NCBI GenBank assembly: GCA_034669905.1
Contig: JAXMOL010000007.1
Location: 64,001 to 128,000, forward strand
DNA length: 64,000 nucleotides
Direction of reading: 5' to 3'
Source: Candidatus Hydrogenedentota bacterium
GTDB taxonomy: Bacteria > Hydrogenedentota > Hydrogenedentia > Hydrogenedentales > JAEUWI01
The position numbers and the translations under genes were made by a program. Of this stretch, positions 12,749 through 21,247 are shown in pieces; position 1 is the first letter of the stretch; each line of letters begins with the position of its first letter. The notes below the pieces were generated by a model. The model saw only the letters and a program-made list of their open reading frames with translations. It did not search any database and had not been told where the DNA came from.

Positions 12749-13585
12749 ATGATGGAAGAAAAAGCAAACCGGACAACCCTGCGACGCATTCAAGACAAGA
12801 CCCATGAGATCATTTTTGAGGCGGACACGCCCAAGGGGAAACTCTTTGATGTGGTGCTCATCGCCCTGATTGTTCTCAGCGTCGGCACCGTCATGTTGGA
12901 CAGCGTGGAGTCCTACAGCGAGGCCTATGGTGTACTCTTTTACCGTTTGGAGTGGGGCTTCACCATCATCTTCACCATCGAATATCTCTTGCGCCTTTCC
13001 TGCATCGAGCGGCCGTCCCGGTACGCCACCAGTTTCTTTGGTGTGGTGGATTTGCTGGCTATTCTGCCCACCTACATCAGCGTTATCTTTCCCGGCAGCC
13101 ACTACCTGCTGGTCATCCGGCTCTTACGTGTCCTCCGCGTTTTCCGTGTGCTGAAGATTGTGCAATACGTGGGTGAGGCGGATTTACTGATGAGCGCCAT
13201 TGAGGCCAGCCGACGAAAAATTACGATCTTTCTCTTCGCGGTGTTCACCATCGCCACGATTGCCGGCTCCCTCATGTATGTTATCGAAGGGGCCGAGTCG
13301 GGCTTTACCAGTATACCCCGCAGCATCTATTGGTCCGTCGTGACATTGACCACCGTGGGCTATGGCGATATTTCACCGGTCACCGCGTTGGGTCAGGGGC
13401 TGGCTACCATAATCATGCTCATGGGCTACGGGATCATTGCCGTGCCCACGGGGATTGTGACGGCCGAGATAACCCGGGCATCTGAGCGGGTCCACCTCGC
13501 GGTGCGCTCGTGCCAGTCTTGCGGCGGCGAGTTTCATGCCCGCGACGCCAAATATTGTAAGCACTGTGGGGAAAAACTCAGGTAG
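12749..13585 (+). CDS. Voltage-gated potassium channel (ion transporter) with C-terminal zinc ribbon
   Basis: S4 segment RLLRVLRVFRVLK; selectivity filter TTVGYGD; CQSC...CKHC. Confidence 0.92.
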   Translation: MMEEKANRTTLRRIQDKTHEIIFEADTPKGKLFDVVLIALIVLSVGTVMLDSVESYSEAYGVLFYRLEWGFTIIFTIEYLLRLSCIERPSRYATSFFGVVDLLAILPTYISVIFPGSHYLLVIRLLRVLRVFRVLKIVQYVGEADLLMSAIEASRRKITIFLFAVFTIATIAGSLMYVIEGAESGFTSIPRSIYWSVVTLTTVGYGDISPVTALGQGLATIIMLMGYGIIAVPTGIVTAEITRASERVHLAVRSCQSCGGEFHARDAKYCKHCGEKLR

Positions 13586-14747
13586 CGTCGGCTTCGGCCG
13601 TCGGGGCAACGGCCACGGAGGCCGCATACCACGTGCGGGCCAGCTGCTCTGCCGTAAAGTGGAGGTTTTCCCTGGCGGAGTCCCGCGCGATTTCCCACGT
13701 CTGTGGGCCGGGAGAGATGGGGTAGATGGCGGTAATGCCGTGTTCCAATAAGGCTTCCGCTCCCGGTAAGACCCGGCCGCCCAAGGCCAATACCGGAATG
13801 TGATGGGGCCGGGCCAGCTGAGCCAGTCCCACGGGAGTCTTTCCGAAACAACTCTGGGCGTCCAGACTGCCTTCGCCTGTAATAACCAGGTCGGCGGCGG
13901 CAATGACTTCGGGCAGGTTGCATAGTGTAGCGATCAATTCCAGGCCGCGCTCCAGTTTGGCTCCCGCAAAGGCCATGAGCCCCCCGGCCAGTCCACCTGC
14001 CGCGCCGGCTCCTTCGACGCGGAGAATGTCCACGCCCAGATCGCGCTGGATGATCTTTGCAAAATGGCCGAGGGCATGATCGAGGATGAGCACATCCTCT
14101 GCCGTGGCGCCTTTTTGCGGGCCATAGATGGCGGTGGCACCACTCGGGCCGCATAGTGGATTATTGACGTCACAGGCCACATAGACGTTTACTTCATCCA
14201 GGCGGGCGTGTCGGTTGCTGGCATCGATACGATCCAACTGCACCAGCCGGGCACCACCCCGTTCCAACTCGTTGCCCTGTTTGTTGATTAGTCGGTAGCC
14301 CAGGGCCTGCGCCATGCCGGCGCCCCCGTCGTTGGTCGCGCTGCCCCCGACTCCGATGATAATGTCGTTGACGCCTTGATCCAGCGCGTGGGCAATCAGT
14401 TCGCCCGTGCCGAAACTCGTTGTCATGCAGGGATCGCGCTGGTCATCGGGGACGAGGTCAAGCCCCGACGCGGCGGCCATTTCAATGATCGCGACCTGTC
14501 CCTCCTGGATGCGCCCATACTGAGCCGAAACCGTTTCGCCCCGCGGGCAGGTAACGTCGACCGCCACGGTCTCACCGCCGGTCGCCCGCACGACGGCATC
14601 CACCGTGCCCTCGCCCCCATCGGCCATGGGAAAGCACTGGGTGGTCGCACCGGGCATTCCAGCGAGCCATCCCGCTTCGATGGCTTCCGCCACCTCGTCG
14701 GCACGAAGACATTCCTTAAACGAATCGGGGGCTATTACTACGCGCAT
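13578..14747 (-). CDS. glxK: Glycerate kinase
   Basis: IAPDSFKE, PMADGGEGT, EMAAASGL, GGSATNDGG, GAAGG, TGEG. Confidence 0.93.
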   Translation of the reverse strand: MRVVIAPDSFKECLRADEVAEAIEAGWLAGMPGATTQCFPMADGGEGTVDAVVRATGGETVAVDVTCPRGETVSAQYGRIQEGQVAIIEMAAASGLDLVPDDQRDPCMTTSFGTGELIAHALDQGVNDIIIGVGGSATNDGGAGMAQALGYRLINKQGNELERGGARLVQLDRIDASNRHARLDEVNVYVACDVNNPLCGPSGATAIYGPQKGATAEDVLILDHALGHFAKIIQRDLGVDILRVEGAGAAGGLAGGLMAFAGAKLERGLELIATLCNLPEVIAAADLVITGEGSLDAQSCFGKTPVGLAQLARPHHIPVLALGGRVLPGAEALLEHGITAIYPISPGPQTWEIARDSARENLHFTAEQLARTWYAASVAVAPTAEADAT

Positions 14748-14860
14748 AACGAGATTCCTGGAGAATTAATGTTACAATGCGGGTCCAATCGAACGGATAC
14801 TTCCAGAGCAAACACCATACCCCGTTTTTTACGTGGGATACAAGGGGACGGAATCAGATC

Positions 14861-15682
14861 ATGAAGTGGACGCGCAGAGAATTTGTCGGTGCCGCAGGCC
14901 TCCTGGCCTTCGCAGGCTGTGCACGGGTGAAACAAAGCCGCATTGGTAAATTGACCCCCGACCTCGACTTTCGTAAAGAGGGGCCCCTTCGCTTCGCGGC
15001 CCTCAACGATCTTCACCTCCTCGATTCCCGTAGTGTCGGCATCGTGGGACGCGCGGTCAATGCCATCAACAATGACGAAGACATTGCGTTCACGGTGGTG
15101 CTTGGCGATCTCACCAGTCACGGGACTTTGCGCGAAATGAATCTTGTGCGCCATGCCCTCAGCCGGTTGGACAAGCCCTACTTCTGCATCCCCGGTCCCC
15201 ATGATCTCGCGGTCGGCACCGAAGACCCCTATGAATTCTACCGGCGGGTATTTAAGAAGCCCCAGTGGAAAATGAATATGGACGGCTGGGCCTTTCTCGG
15301 TGTGGACACCAGTGGAGGGCGGGACGAATCGCTGCCCATGAGCGCGGCCAATTTGGAATGGCTCGACGCCCAGTTGGCCCACCTCGATGTAAAACGGCCC
15401 TTGGTCGTCTTTACGCACCATCCCTTGGCACCGGGCTTTGAGGGGCGGCTCGCCAATGGAGACGATGTGCTGGCGCGCCTGGAATCTTACAACGTGAAAC
15501 TCGTGCTTTCAGGCCACTATCACGGCAGCCAGGTGACGGATCACGCGGGCGTCGTTCATGTGACCACGCCCTGCTGCAGCACCAACGCCGAGAATGCGGA
15601 CGGGAGCCCCGAGAAAGGCTTTCGACGGGTGACCCTGGACAAAGACCAGATTCAACACGAATTCATAGCCGTTCCGACCTGA
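14861..15682 (+). CDS. Tat-exported lipoprotein metallophosphoesterase (calcineurin-like)
   Basis: TRREFVG Tat motif, LAFAGC lipobox, DLH, GD, GPHD (where GNHD is usual), HHP, SGHYH. Confidence 0.85.
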   Translation: MKWTRREFVGAAGLLAFAGCARVKQSRIGKLTPDLDFRKEGPLRFAALNDLHLLDSRSVGIVGRAVNAINNDEDIAFTVVLGDLTSHGTLREMNLVRHALSRLDKPYFCIPGPHDLAVGTEDPYEFYRRVFKKPQWKMNMDGWAFLGVDTSGGRDESLPMSAANLEWLDAQLAHLDVKRPLVVFTHHPLAPGFEGRLANGDDVLARLESYNVKLVLSGHYHGSQVTDHAGVVHVTTPCCSTNAENADGSPEKGFRRVTLDKDQIQHEFIAVPT

Positions 15683-15700
15683 GCGCATGCGGGAGCTCCT

Positions 15701-16360
15701 ATGCTGATTGCGACCATTCTAACCGCGGTGTCACTCGTTTTGTTTCTGGGCAATAACCTGCTCGGTCTGGGAGCAGGTGCCTGGTTTAAAATGAGCACCT
15801 CCACCGGCTTCCTGGCCATGGCCATTGCGGCAGGCGCATTTCAGACCCCCTATGGACGCATGGTCCTGGTCGCCCTCTTTTTTTCCTGGTGGGGCGACCT
15901 CTTCCTCATCAGTCATCAGGAGAAACTTTTCCTGATGGGGCTCATCGCCTTTTTTCTGGGTCATGCGGGGTTCGCCGGTGCCTTTCTCGCCCATGGCGTC
16001 GATTGGAAATACACCGCCCTCAGTATGGGGATCGGCATCGTTCCGGTCCTCTTCGTGATTTCCTGGCTGAATCCCCATCTGGGGAGTATGCGCATTCCGG
16101 TCTACGCCTACATGGCCATTATTACGCTCATGGTCGCCCTTTCGATCGGAGCCTGGGGGCGGGGAGCCACCCTCCTGGTGGTGGTGGGAGCGGTCCTGTT
16201 CTATTGCTCCGATCTCTTTGTGGCCCGCGCGCGTTTTGTGACGCCGGACCCGTGGAATGGCCATCTGGGGCTTCCGCTGTACTACGTCGCCCAAATGCTG
16301 TTTGCCATCAGTATTGCCCGCGTGAATGCGGCGCAGGACGTGGCCCAAACGACGCCGTGA
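15701..16360 (+). CDS. YhhN / lysoplasmalogenase family membrane protein
   Basis: GDLFL, GLIAFFLGH, LFYCSD, LYYVAQ. Confidence 0.85.
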   Translation: MLIATILTAVSLVLFLGNNLLGLGAGAWFKMSTSTGFLAMAIAAGAFQTPYGRMVLVALFFSWWGDLFLISHQEKLFLMGLIAFFLGHAGFAGAFLAHGVDWKYTALSMGIGIVPVLFVISWLNPHLGSMRIPVYAYMAIITLMVALSIGAWGRGATLLVVVGAVLFYCSDLFVARARFVTPDPWNGHLGLPLYYVAQMLFAISIARVNAAQDVAQTTP

Positions 16361-16487
16361 TATTTCTCGGCCCCTATTGAGGGGGGCGCATTTGGGGTGG
16401 GGAAAACTTGTGACCAGACAAGGGTCCTATTTTCTGATAGGGTGAATGTGAGACTATTGCTGCTTTCTCAGAGAAGTGAGGTATACT

Positions 16488-16745
16488 ATGCCCGAAATTA
16501 GCCGCTTTTTAGGCATCGTAATCTACATGTAATACAAAGATCACGCTCCCGCCCATTTTCATGCGGAATACGGTGATTACACGATTACCGTGGAGATAGA
16601 GTCCGGCGTCGTTCAGGGCAAGTTTCCCCGACGGGCCCTCAATCTGGTCCTGGACTGGTATACCCGACACCAAGATGCATTGCGTGAAAATTGGACGCTT
16701 GCGCTCCAACGAAAACCCTTGAACAAGATCGAGCCACTGGAGTAA
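16488..16745 (+). pseudogene. DUF4160 family protein (putative toxin of a DUF4160-DUF2442 pair) interrupted by in-frame TAA at codon 15
   Basis: Hand translation: MPEISRFLGIVIYM*YKDHAPAHFHAEYGDY...GKFPRRALNLVLDW...NKIEPLE*; internal stop at 16530-16532. Missed by the ORF track. Confidence 0.85.
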
Positions 16746-16749
16746 GACT

Positions 16750-17001
16750 ATGATACCTTGGATTGTCGATGCGTCTTATATCGAAGAATACCGTATTCAT
16801 GTGACCTTCAACGATGGGGTGACAGGGGTAATCGATTTTTCCGGTGAGTTCGACGGCGAGATTTTTGAGCCACTGAAAGAAGTCGCCTACTTTCAACAAT
16901 TCCGAATCGAGGGACATACCCTCGCGTGGGAAAACGGCGCGGACTTTGCCCCCGAGTACCTGAGGAATCTGGTGAGCCCGGAAGCGAGCGTATCGCCGTA
17001 A
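16750..17001 (+). CDS. DUF2442 family protein (putative antitoxin)
   Basis: YRIHVTFNDG, GEIFEPLK, TLAWENGADFAPEYL; 4 nt downstream of DUF4160. Confidence 0.85.
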   Translation: MIPWIVDASYIEEYRIHVTFNDGVTGVIDFSGEFDGEIFEPLKEVAYFQQFRIEGHTLAWENGADFAPEYLRNLVSPEASVSP

Positions 17002-17025
17002 TAGCGAAAGAAAGTTAAGGGCGAT

Positions 17026-17514
17026 ATGCGCGTATTAGGATTCGATCCCGGCACGGCCACCACCGGCTATGGCGTGGTTTATGGAAAAGGCAGCCGACTC
17101 CACTATATTGCCCATGGGATTATCAGCACCCCGGCGAAGCAGCACTATGCCCTGCGCCTGAAGACGATCTACGAAGAGGCCGTCGCGCTTATCACCACCC
17201 ATAAACCCGATGCGGTGGCCATCGAGAAGCTCTACTTCAAGCAAAACGTCACCACGGGTATTACCGTGGCCCAGGCGCGGGGGGTCCTGTCGCTGGCGGC
17301 CGTGCAGGCCGATTTGCCCATCGGGGAATTCAGTCCCACCGAGACCAAGCTGGCTATCACCGGTTACGGCAAAGCCGACAAGAAACAGGTTCAGGAAATG
17401 ATTAAGATGCTGCTGAACCTGGAAAAGATCCCTCGTCCGGATGATGCGGCAGACGCCCTGGGCATCGCCATCTGCCAGATACACGCCGGACCCTCTCAAG
17501 TGTTGGAACGCTGA
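17026..17514 (+). CDS. ruvC: Holliday junction resolvase RuvC
   Basis: LGFDPG..TTGYG, AIEKLYF, AQARGV, TGYGKADKKQV, DDAADAL. Confidence 0.96.
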   Translation: MRVLGFDPGTATTGYGVVYGKGSRLHYIAHGIISTPAKQHYALRLKTIYEEAVALITTHKPDAVAIEKLYFKQNVTTGITVAQARGVLSLAAVQADLPIGEFSPTETKLAITGYGKADKKQVQEMIKMLLNLEKIPRPDDAADALGIAICQIHAGPSQVLER

Positions 17515-17546
17515 AGCCCGCGCGACGGGCGTCCTGAACCCACAAC

Positions 17547-17582
17547 GGCCCCGAAACACTGGGTCAGCAGCGTTTCAGGGCC
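17547..17582 (-). terminator. 15-bp hairpin between convergent ruvC and P-II, probably the amtB-P-II terminator
   Basis: Minus strand ggccctgaaacgctg-ctgacc-cagtgtttcggggcc, fully paired with two G-U pairs; U-tract is weak. Confidence 0.5.
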
Positions 17583-17618
17583 GGTAGGGTATACGGGGGT
17601 ACGTGACCGCCCGAAAAA

Positions 17619-17987
<369 letters not shown>

Positions 17988-18102
17988 TCATCGCTTCCCA
18001 CCGTGGCCCATCAGGCCGATTGCGGGGATGACCGCATTGCGTTCCATTGCATACACACGTCTATCGCTGGGGAGGCCCGGGGCCTCCCCAAGCGACAGCC
18101 AA

Positions 18103-19446
18103 TTACAGTAAGTACCCTTCTTCGCCGTGTTCGGCCAGGTCGAGACCCTGGCTCTCGGCTTCTTCACTGACACGGAGACCGATGGTCAGATCGATTACCT
18201 TGAAGAGTATCAGGGATACCACACCGCTGTATACCAGCGTGACGAGGATGCTCTTGATTTGTGCGAGCACCTGGGTGCCGATGGTCATGCCTTCGGAGAG
18301 ACCGGATCCGCCCAGGGACTCTGCGGCGAAGACACCGGTAAGTACGGCACCGACGATACCGCCGATACCGTGGACGCCAAAGGCGTCGAGAGAATCGTCA
18401 TAACCGCCCATCCGCTTGATGCTGGTGGCACCTAGGAAGCAGATGACGCCGGAGGCCACACCAATGGCGATGGCACCCATGGGGCCGGCCGTGCCGGAGG
18501 CGGGCGTAATGGCTACGAGGCCAGCAACCGCACCCGTGGCTGCGCCGAGGGCGCTGGGCTTGCCATGTTTGACCCATTCGATGCCCAACCACGTCAGCGT
18601 GGCGGCAGCCGTGGAAAGCTGGGTGACCAGCATGGCCATACCGGCCGTACCGTCGGCCGCCAGCTCACTACCGGCGTTAAAGCCAAACCAGCCGACCCAG
18701 AGCATACCGGCGCCCGTAATGGTCATGGTCATGTTGTGGGGGGGCATGGCGCGCTGGGGATAACCGCTGCGCTTGCCAACCAGGATACAGGCGACGAGGG
18801 CGGCGATACCGGCATTGATGTGCACCACCGTACCGCCTGCGAAATCCAGCACGCCCCAGGTGTGGAAGAGAGCGCCAGGTCCCGACCAGGCCATGTGACA
18901 GATAGGCGCGTAAACAAGCACCAACCACAGCGTGGTGAAGATCAGCACGGCAGAGAATTTCATGCGCTCTGCGAAGGCACCGCAGATAAGCGCCGGCGTG
19001 ATGATGAAGAAGGTCATCTGGAACATGATGAAGATGGTTTCGGGATAGGTGCCCGCCATACCGTCTACCGTCACGTTCTTCAGAAACACGTTGCTGAAGT
19101 TACCGACGAGGGAGTGAAGGTTGATAACCCCTTCCGTCTGTCCTTCCGAAACCCCAAAGGCCAGGCTGTAACCACAGACCACCCAGACGATACTGGCCAG
19201 GGCGACGATGGTGAAACACTGCATTAACACGGACAACACGTTCTTCGAACGGACCAGGCCGGCATAGAACAGGGACAGGCCAGGTATGGTCATAAACAAC
19301 ACGAGCACGGTGGCCACGAGCATCCACGCGGTGTCGCCCGAGTTCAATTCATCCTGCGCCTGGGCCAGTGCGGGGATACAGAGGGCTGCGCCCAGGAATC
19401 CCCATCGCATGCCAAATGCATTGCGAACACGATCTAAATGCTTCAC
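18103..19446 (-). CDS. amtB: Ammonium transporter AmtB
   Basis: GDTAWML, FYAGLVR.KN, DFAGGTVVH, WFGFNAGS, DDSLDAFGVHG, GLDLAEHGE; GTG start after AAGGAGAG. Confidence 0.97.
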   Translation of the reverse strand: MKHLDRVRNAFGMRWGFLGAALCIPALAQAQDELNSGDTAWMLVATVLVLFMTIPGLSLFYAGLVRSKNVLSVLMQCFTIVALASIVWVVCGYSLAFGVSEGQTEGVINLHSLVGNFSNVFLKNVTVDGMAGTYPETIFIMFQMTFFIITPALICGAFAERMKFSAVLIFTTLWLVLVYAPICHMAWSGPGALFHTWGVLDFAGGTVVHINAGIAALVACILVGKRSGYPQRAMPPHNMTMTITGAGMLWVGWFGFNAGSELAADGTAGMAMLVTQLSTAAATLTWLGIEWVKHGKPSALGAATGAVAGLVAITPASGTAGPMGAIAIGVASGVICFLGATSIKRMGGYDDSLDAFGVHGIGGIVGAVLTGVFAAESLGGSGLSEGMTIGTQVLAQIKSILVTLVYSGVVSLILFKVIDLTIGLRVSEEAESQGLDLAEHGEEGYLL

Positions 19447-19630
19447 GTATCTCTCCTTTAAATCAACGGGCGTGCAATACCTTGCGTCAGTCGAAAAAGT
19501 GAAAGGCGGATACAGAGGGGGAAATCCCAAGAGGGTACTCTCCAATGCGCCTGTCCCATTGCCGATGTGCCCCAGTTACCGTACACGCCGTTCCGGGTCT
19601 ACGGAGCACATCAATTGCCACCGCTTAGAA

Positions 19631-19646
19631 TGCAACTACCGTGCCA
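19631..19646 (-). promoter_or_regulatory. sigma54 (RpoN) -24/-12 promoter of amtB
   Basis: Minus strand TGGCAC-GGTAG-TTGCA, an exact consensus match upstream of a nitrogen-regulated gene. Confidence 0.85.
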
Positions 19647-20002
19647 AGGCGGTGCATTCGGGGTGTGCTGTGGGAGTGGGTTTCGCTAAGTGGCTTTATT
19701 GTCATGGGGTTAGGTCGCATTCTGGCAGGTATGGGCAAGCGCCGGGCACGGCCAGGAAAGTGACCTCACCGAGTGTTTGGGCTCAAAAAGATACCAAATG
19801 GTGTGATTGGCGTGTGTGCCGTTACGAAAAGGTAGGAGGGTGGCGCTCCTGCGAGGGGCTTCCCACCCCGGGGTCGCCTGGCCGGAAGCAGGTTGAACCC
19901 GCGGGCATTTCTGGGCCATACTGCGCACCCACGATGCCATCCTTTTGTCGACCGATGGCCGAGACGCAGCCCCGCCCACGGGCCCAGGAGTTCTGTCAGC
20001 CC

Positions 20003-20392
20003 ATGCCCGGAAAAGCCGCCGCCGTAAAGTCTGGAAGTGATCTGGAAAAGAAAGTCGTTCAATTGGGACGGGATCTTGGCCTGGCCGTCGAATCGCAGGT
20101 GGCGGTGGGACGGCGAATCTGGGGGGCACGGCGCAGGATTGACGTGGTCCTCAAGCACCAGGAAACCCGGGTCAGTTTGGGCATCGAGTGCAAATACCAG
20201 GGCAGTTCCGGGTCGGCGGAGGAGAAGATCCCGGCAACGATTGACGACATTCGGGCCTGGCCCATTCGTGGTATCGTCGTCTTTGCGGGCAATGGCTTTT
20301 CGGATAATATTCGGGCCTACCTGTTATCGACGGGGAAAGCCGTCGAGTTATCCGATCTGAAAAAATGGTTGGAGTTGTATTTCGGACTATGA
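20003..20392 (+). CDS. Small PD-(D/E)XK restriction-endonuclease-fold protein (129 aa)
   Basis: GSDLEKKV helix, RIDVVL, GIECKYQGSSGSAEEK; CAGGAG RBS; stop overlaps the dam start (ATGA). Alternative start at 19955. Confidence 0.8.
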   Translation: MPGKAAAVKSGSDLEKKVVQLGRDLGLAVESQVAVGRRIWGARRRIDVVLKHQETRVSLGIECKYQGSSGSAEEKIPATIDDIRAWPIRGIVVFAGNGFSDNIRAYLLSTGKAVELSDLKKWLELYFGL

Positions 20393-21237
20393 CAGAGCCC
20401 CTTGCCATAGCGGGAAGCCCACGGCCCTTTCTTAAATGGGTGGGGGGGAAGCGCCAGCTCCTCCGGGAATTAGAACGGCGCGTGGCCGAGGCCCGTCCCC
20501 ATGGCCGATACCATGAGCCCTTTGTGGGGGGCGGCGCCCTGTTTTTCGATCTTTACGGCCGGGAGAAACTCGGACGCAGCAAGGCCTATCTCTCCGACAA
20601 TAACCAGCGGTTGATCCAGGCGTATTGGGGGGTTCAGGAGCACGTCGAAGAAATCATCGCCCTCCTGGAAGCCCATAAGGCCGCCCATGAAAAAGAATAC
20701 TATTACGCGATGCGGGCCCACGTGCCGGAGGATCCCATTGAGCGCGCGGCCCGGATTATCTATCTCAACCGGACTTGCTTTAACGGACTTTTTCGGGAAA
20801 ACAGCAAGGGGGAATTCAACGTGCCCATGGGGCGCTATGTGAACCCCTTGATCTGTGATGCGCCCAACCTGCGGGCCGTTTCCCGGGCCCTGCAACGCTG
20901 CACCATTCGGCACCAGTCCTTCGCCGCCGTACTCGACCGTGCCAAGGCGGGTGACTTTGTCTACTTCGACCCGCCCTACGCCCCCGTATCCAAGACCGCC
21001 AATTTTACGGGGTATCACAAGGGGGTTTTTGGCGAAGCGCTGCAGCGGGAACTGGCCGATGTCTTTCAGGAGCTGACGAAGCGGGGGGTGAAGGCCTTGC
21101 TGTCCAATTCGGACGTGCCCCTGATTCACACGCTTTACGGTAACCACACCATTGAGGTCGTTCGCGCGACGCGGCTGGTCAACAGCAACGCGAGTAAGCG
21201 CGGCAAGGTCAACGAGGTGCTCGTCCGTAACTTCTAG
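20389..21237 (+). CDS. dam: Dam/DpnM-family N6-adenine DNA methyltransferase
   Basis: LKWVGGK, EPFVGGGA (motif I), FNGLFRENSKGEFNVPMGRY, YFDPPY (motif IV), LSNS. Confidence 0.92.
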   Translation: MTEPLAIAGSPRPFLKWVGGKRQLLRELERRVAEARPHGRYHEPFVGGGALFFDLYGREKLGRSKAYLSDNNQRLIQAYWGVQEHVEEIIALLEAHKAAHEKEYYYAMRAHVPEDPIERAARIIYLNRTCFNGLFRENSKGEFNVPMGRYVNPLICDAPNLRAVSRALQRCTIRHQSFAAVLDRAKAGDFVYFDPPYAPVSKTANFTGYHKGVFGEALQRELADVFQELTKRGVKALLSNSDVPLIHTLYGNHTIEVVRATRLVNSNASKRGKVNEVLVRNF

Positions 21238-21247
21238 GGGACGTACC

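Noticed and set aside
12590..13102. N-terminal extension of the 526-aa MutY ORF
   Set aside because: It overlaps the K+ channel gene antisense; MutY homology begins at 12589.
13578..13585. 8-bp overlap of the convergent K+ channel and glycerate kinase genes
   Set aside because: Short 3' overlaps are common and not informative on their own.
16530..16532. Stop-codon reassignment or readthrough as explanation for the internal TAA
   Set aside because: TAA terminates other genes normally in this window, including this frame at 16743; a nonsense mutation or sequence error is simpler.
19650..19820. NtrC enhancer upstream of the sigma54 promoter
   Set aside because: No convincing TGCACC-N5-GGTGCA match found by eye.
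19286..20002. Long N-terminal part of the 368-aa ORF ahead of the PD-(D/E)XK domain
   Set aside because: It overlaps amtB and its promoter/leader and has non-protein-like composition; an RBS supports a start near 20003.
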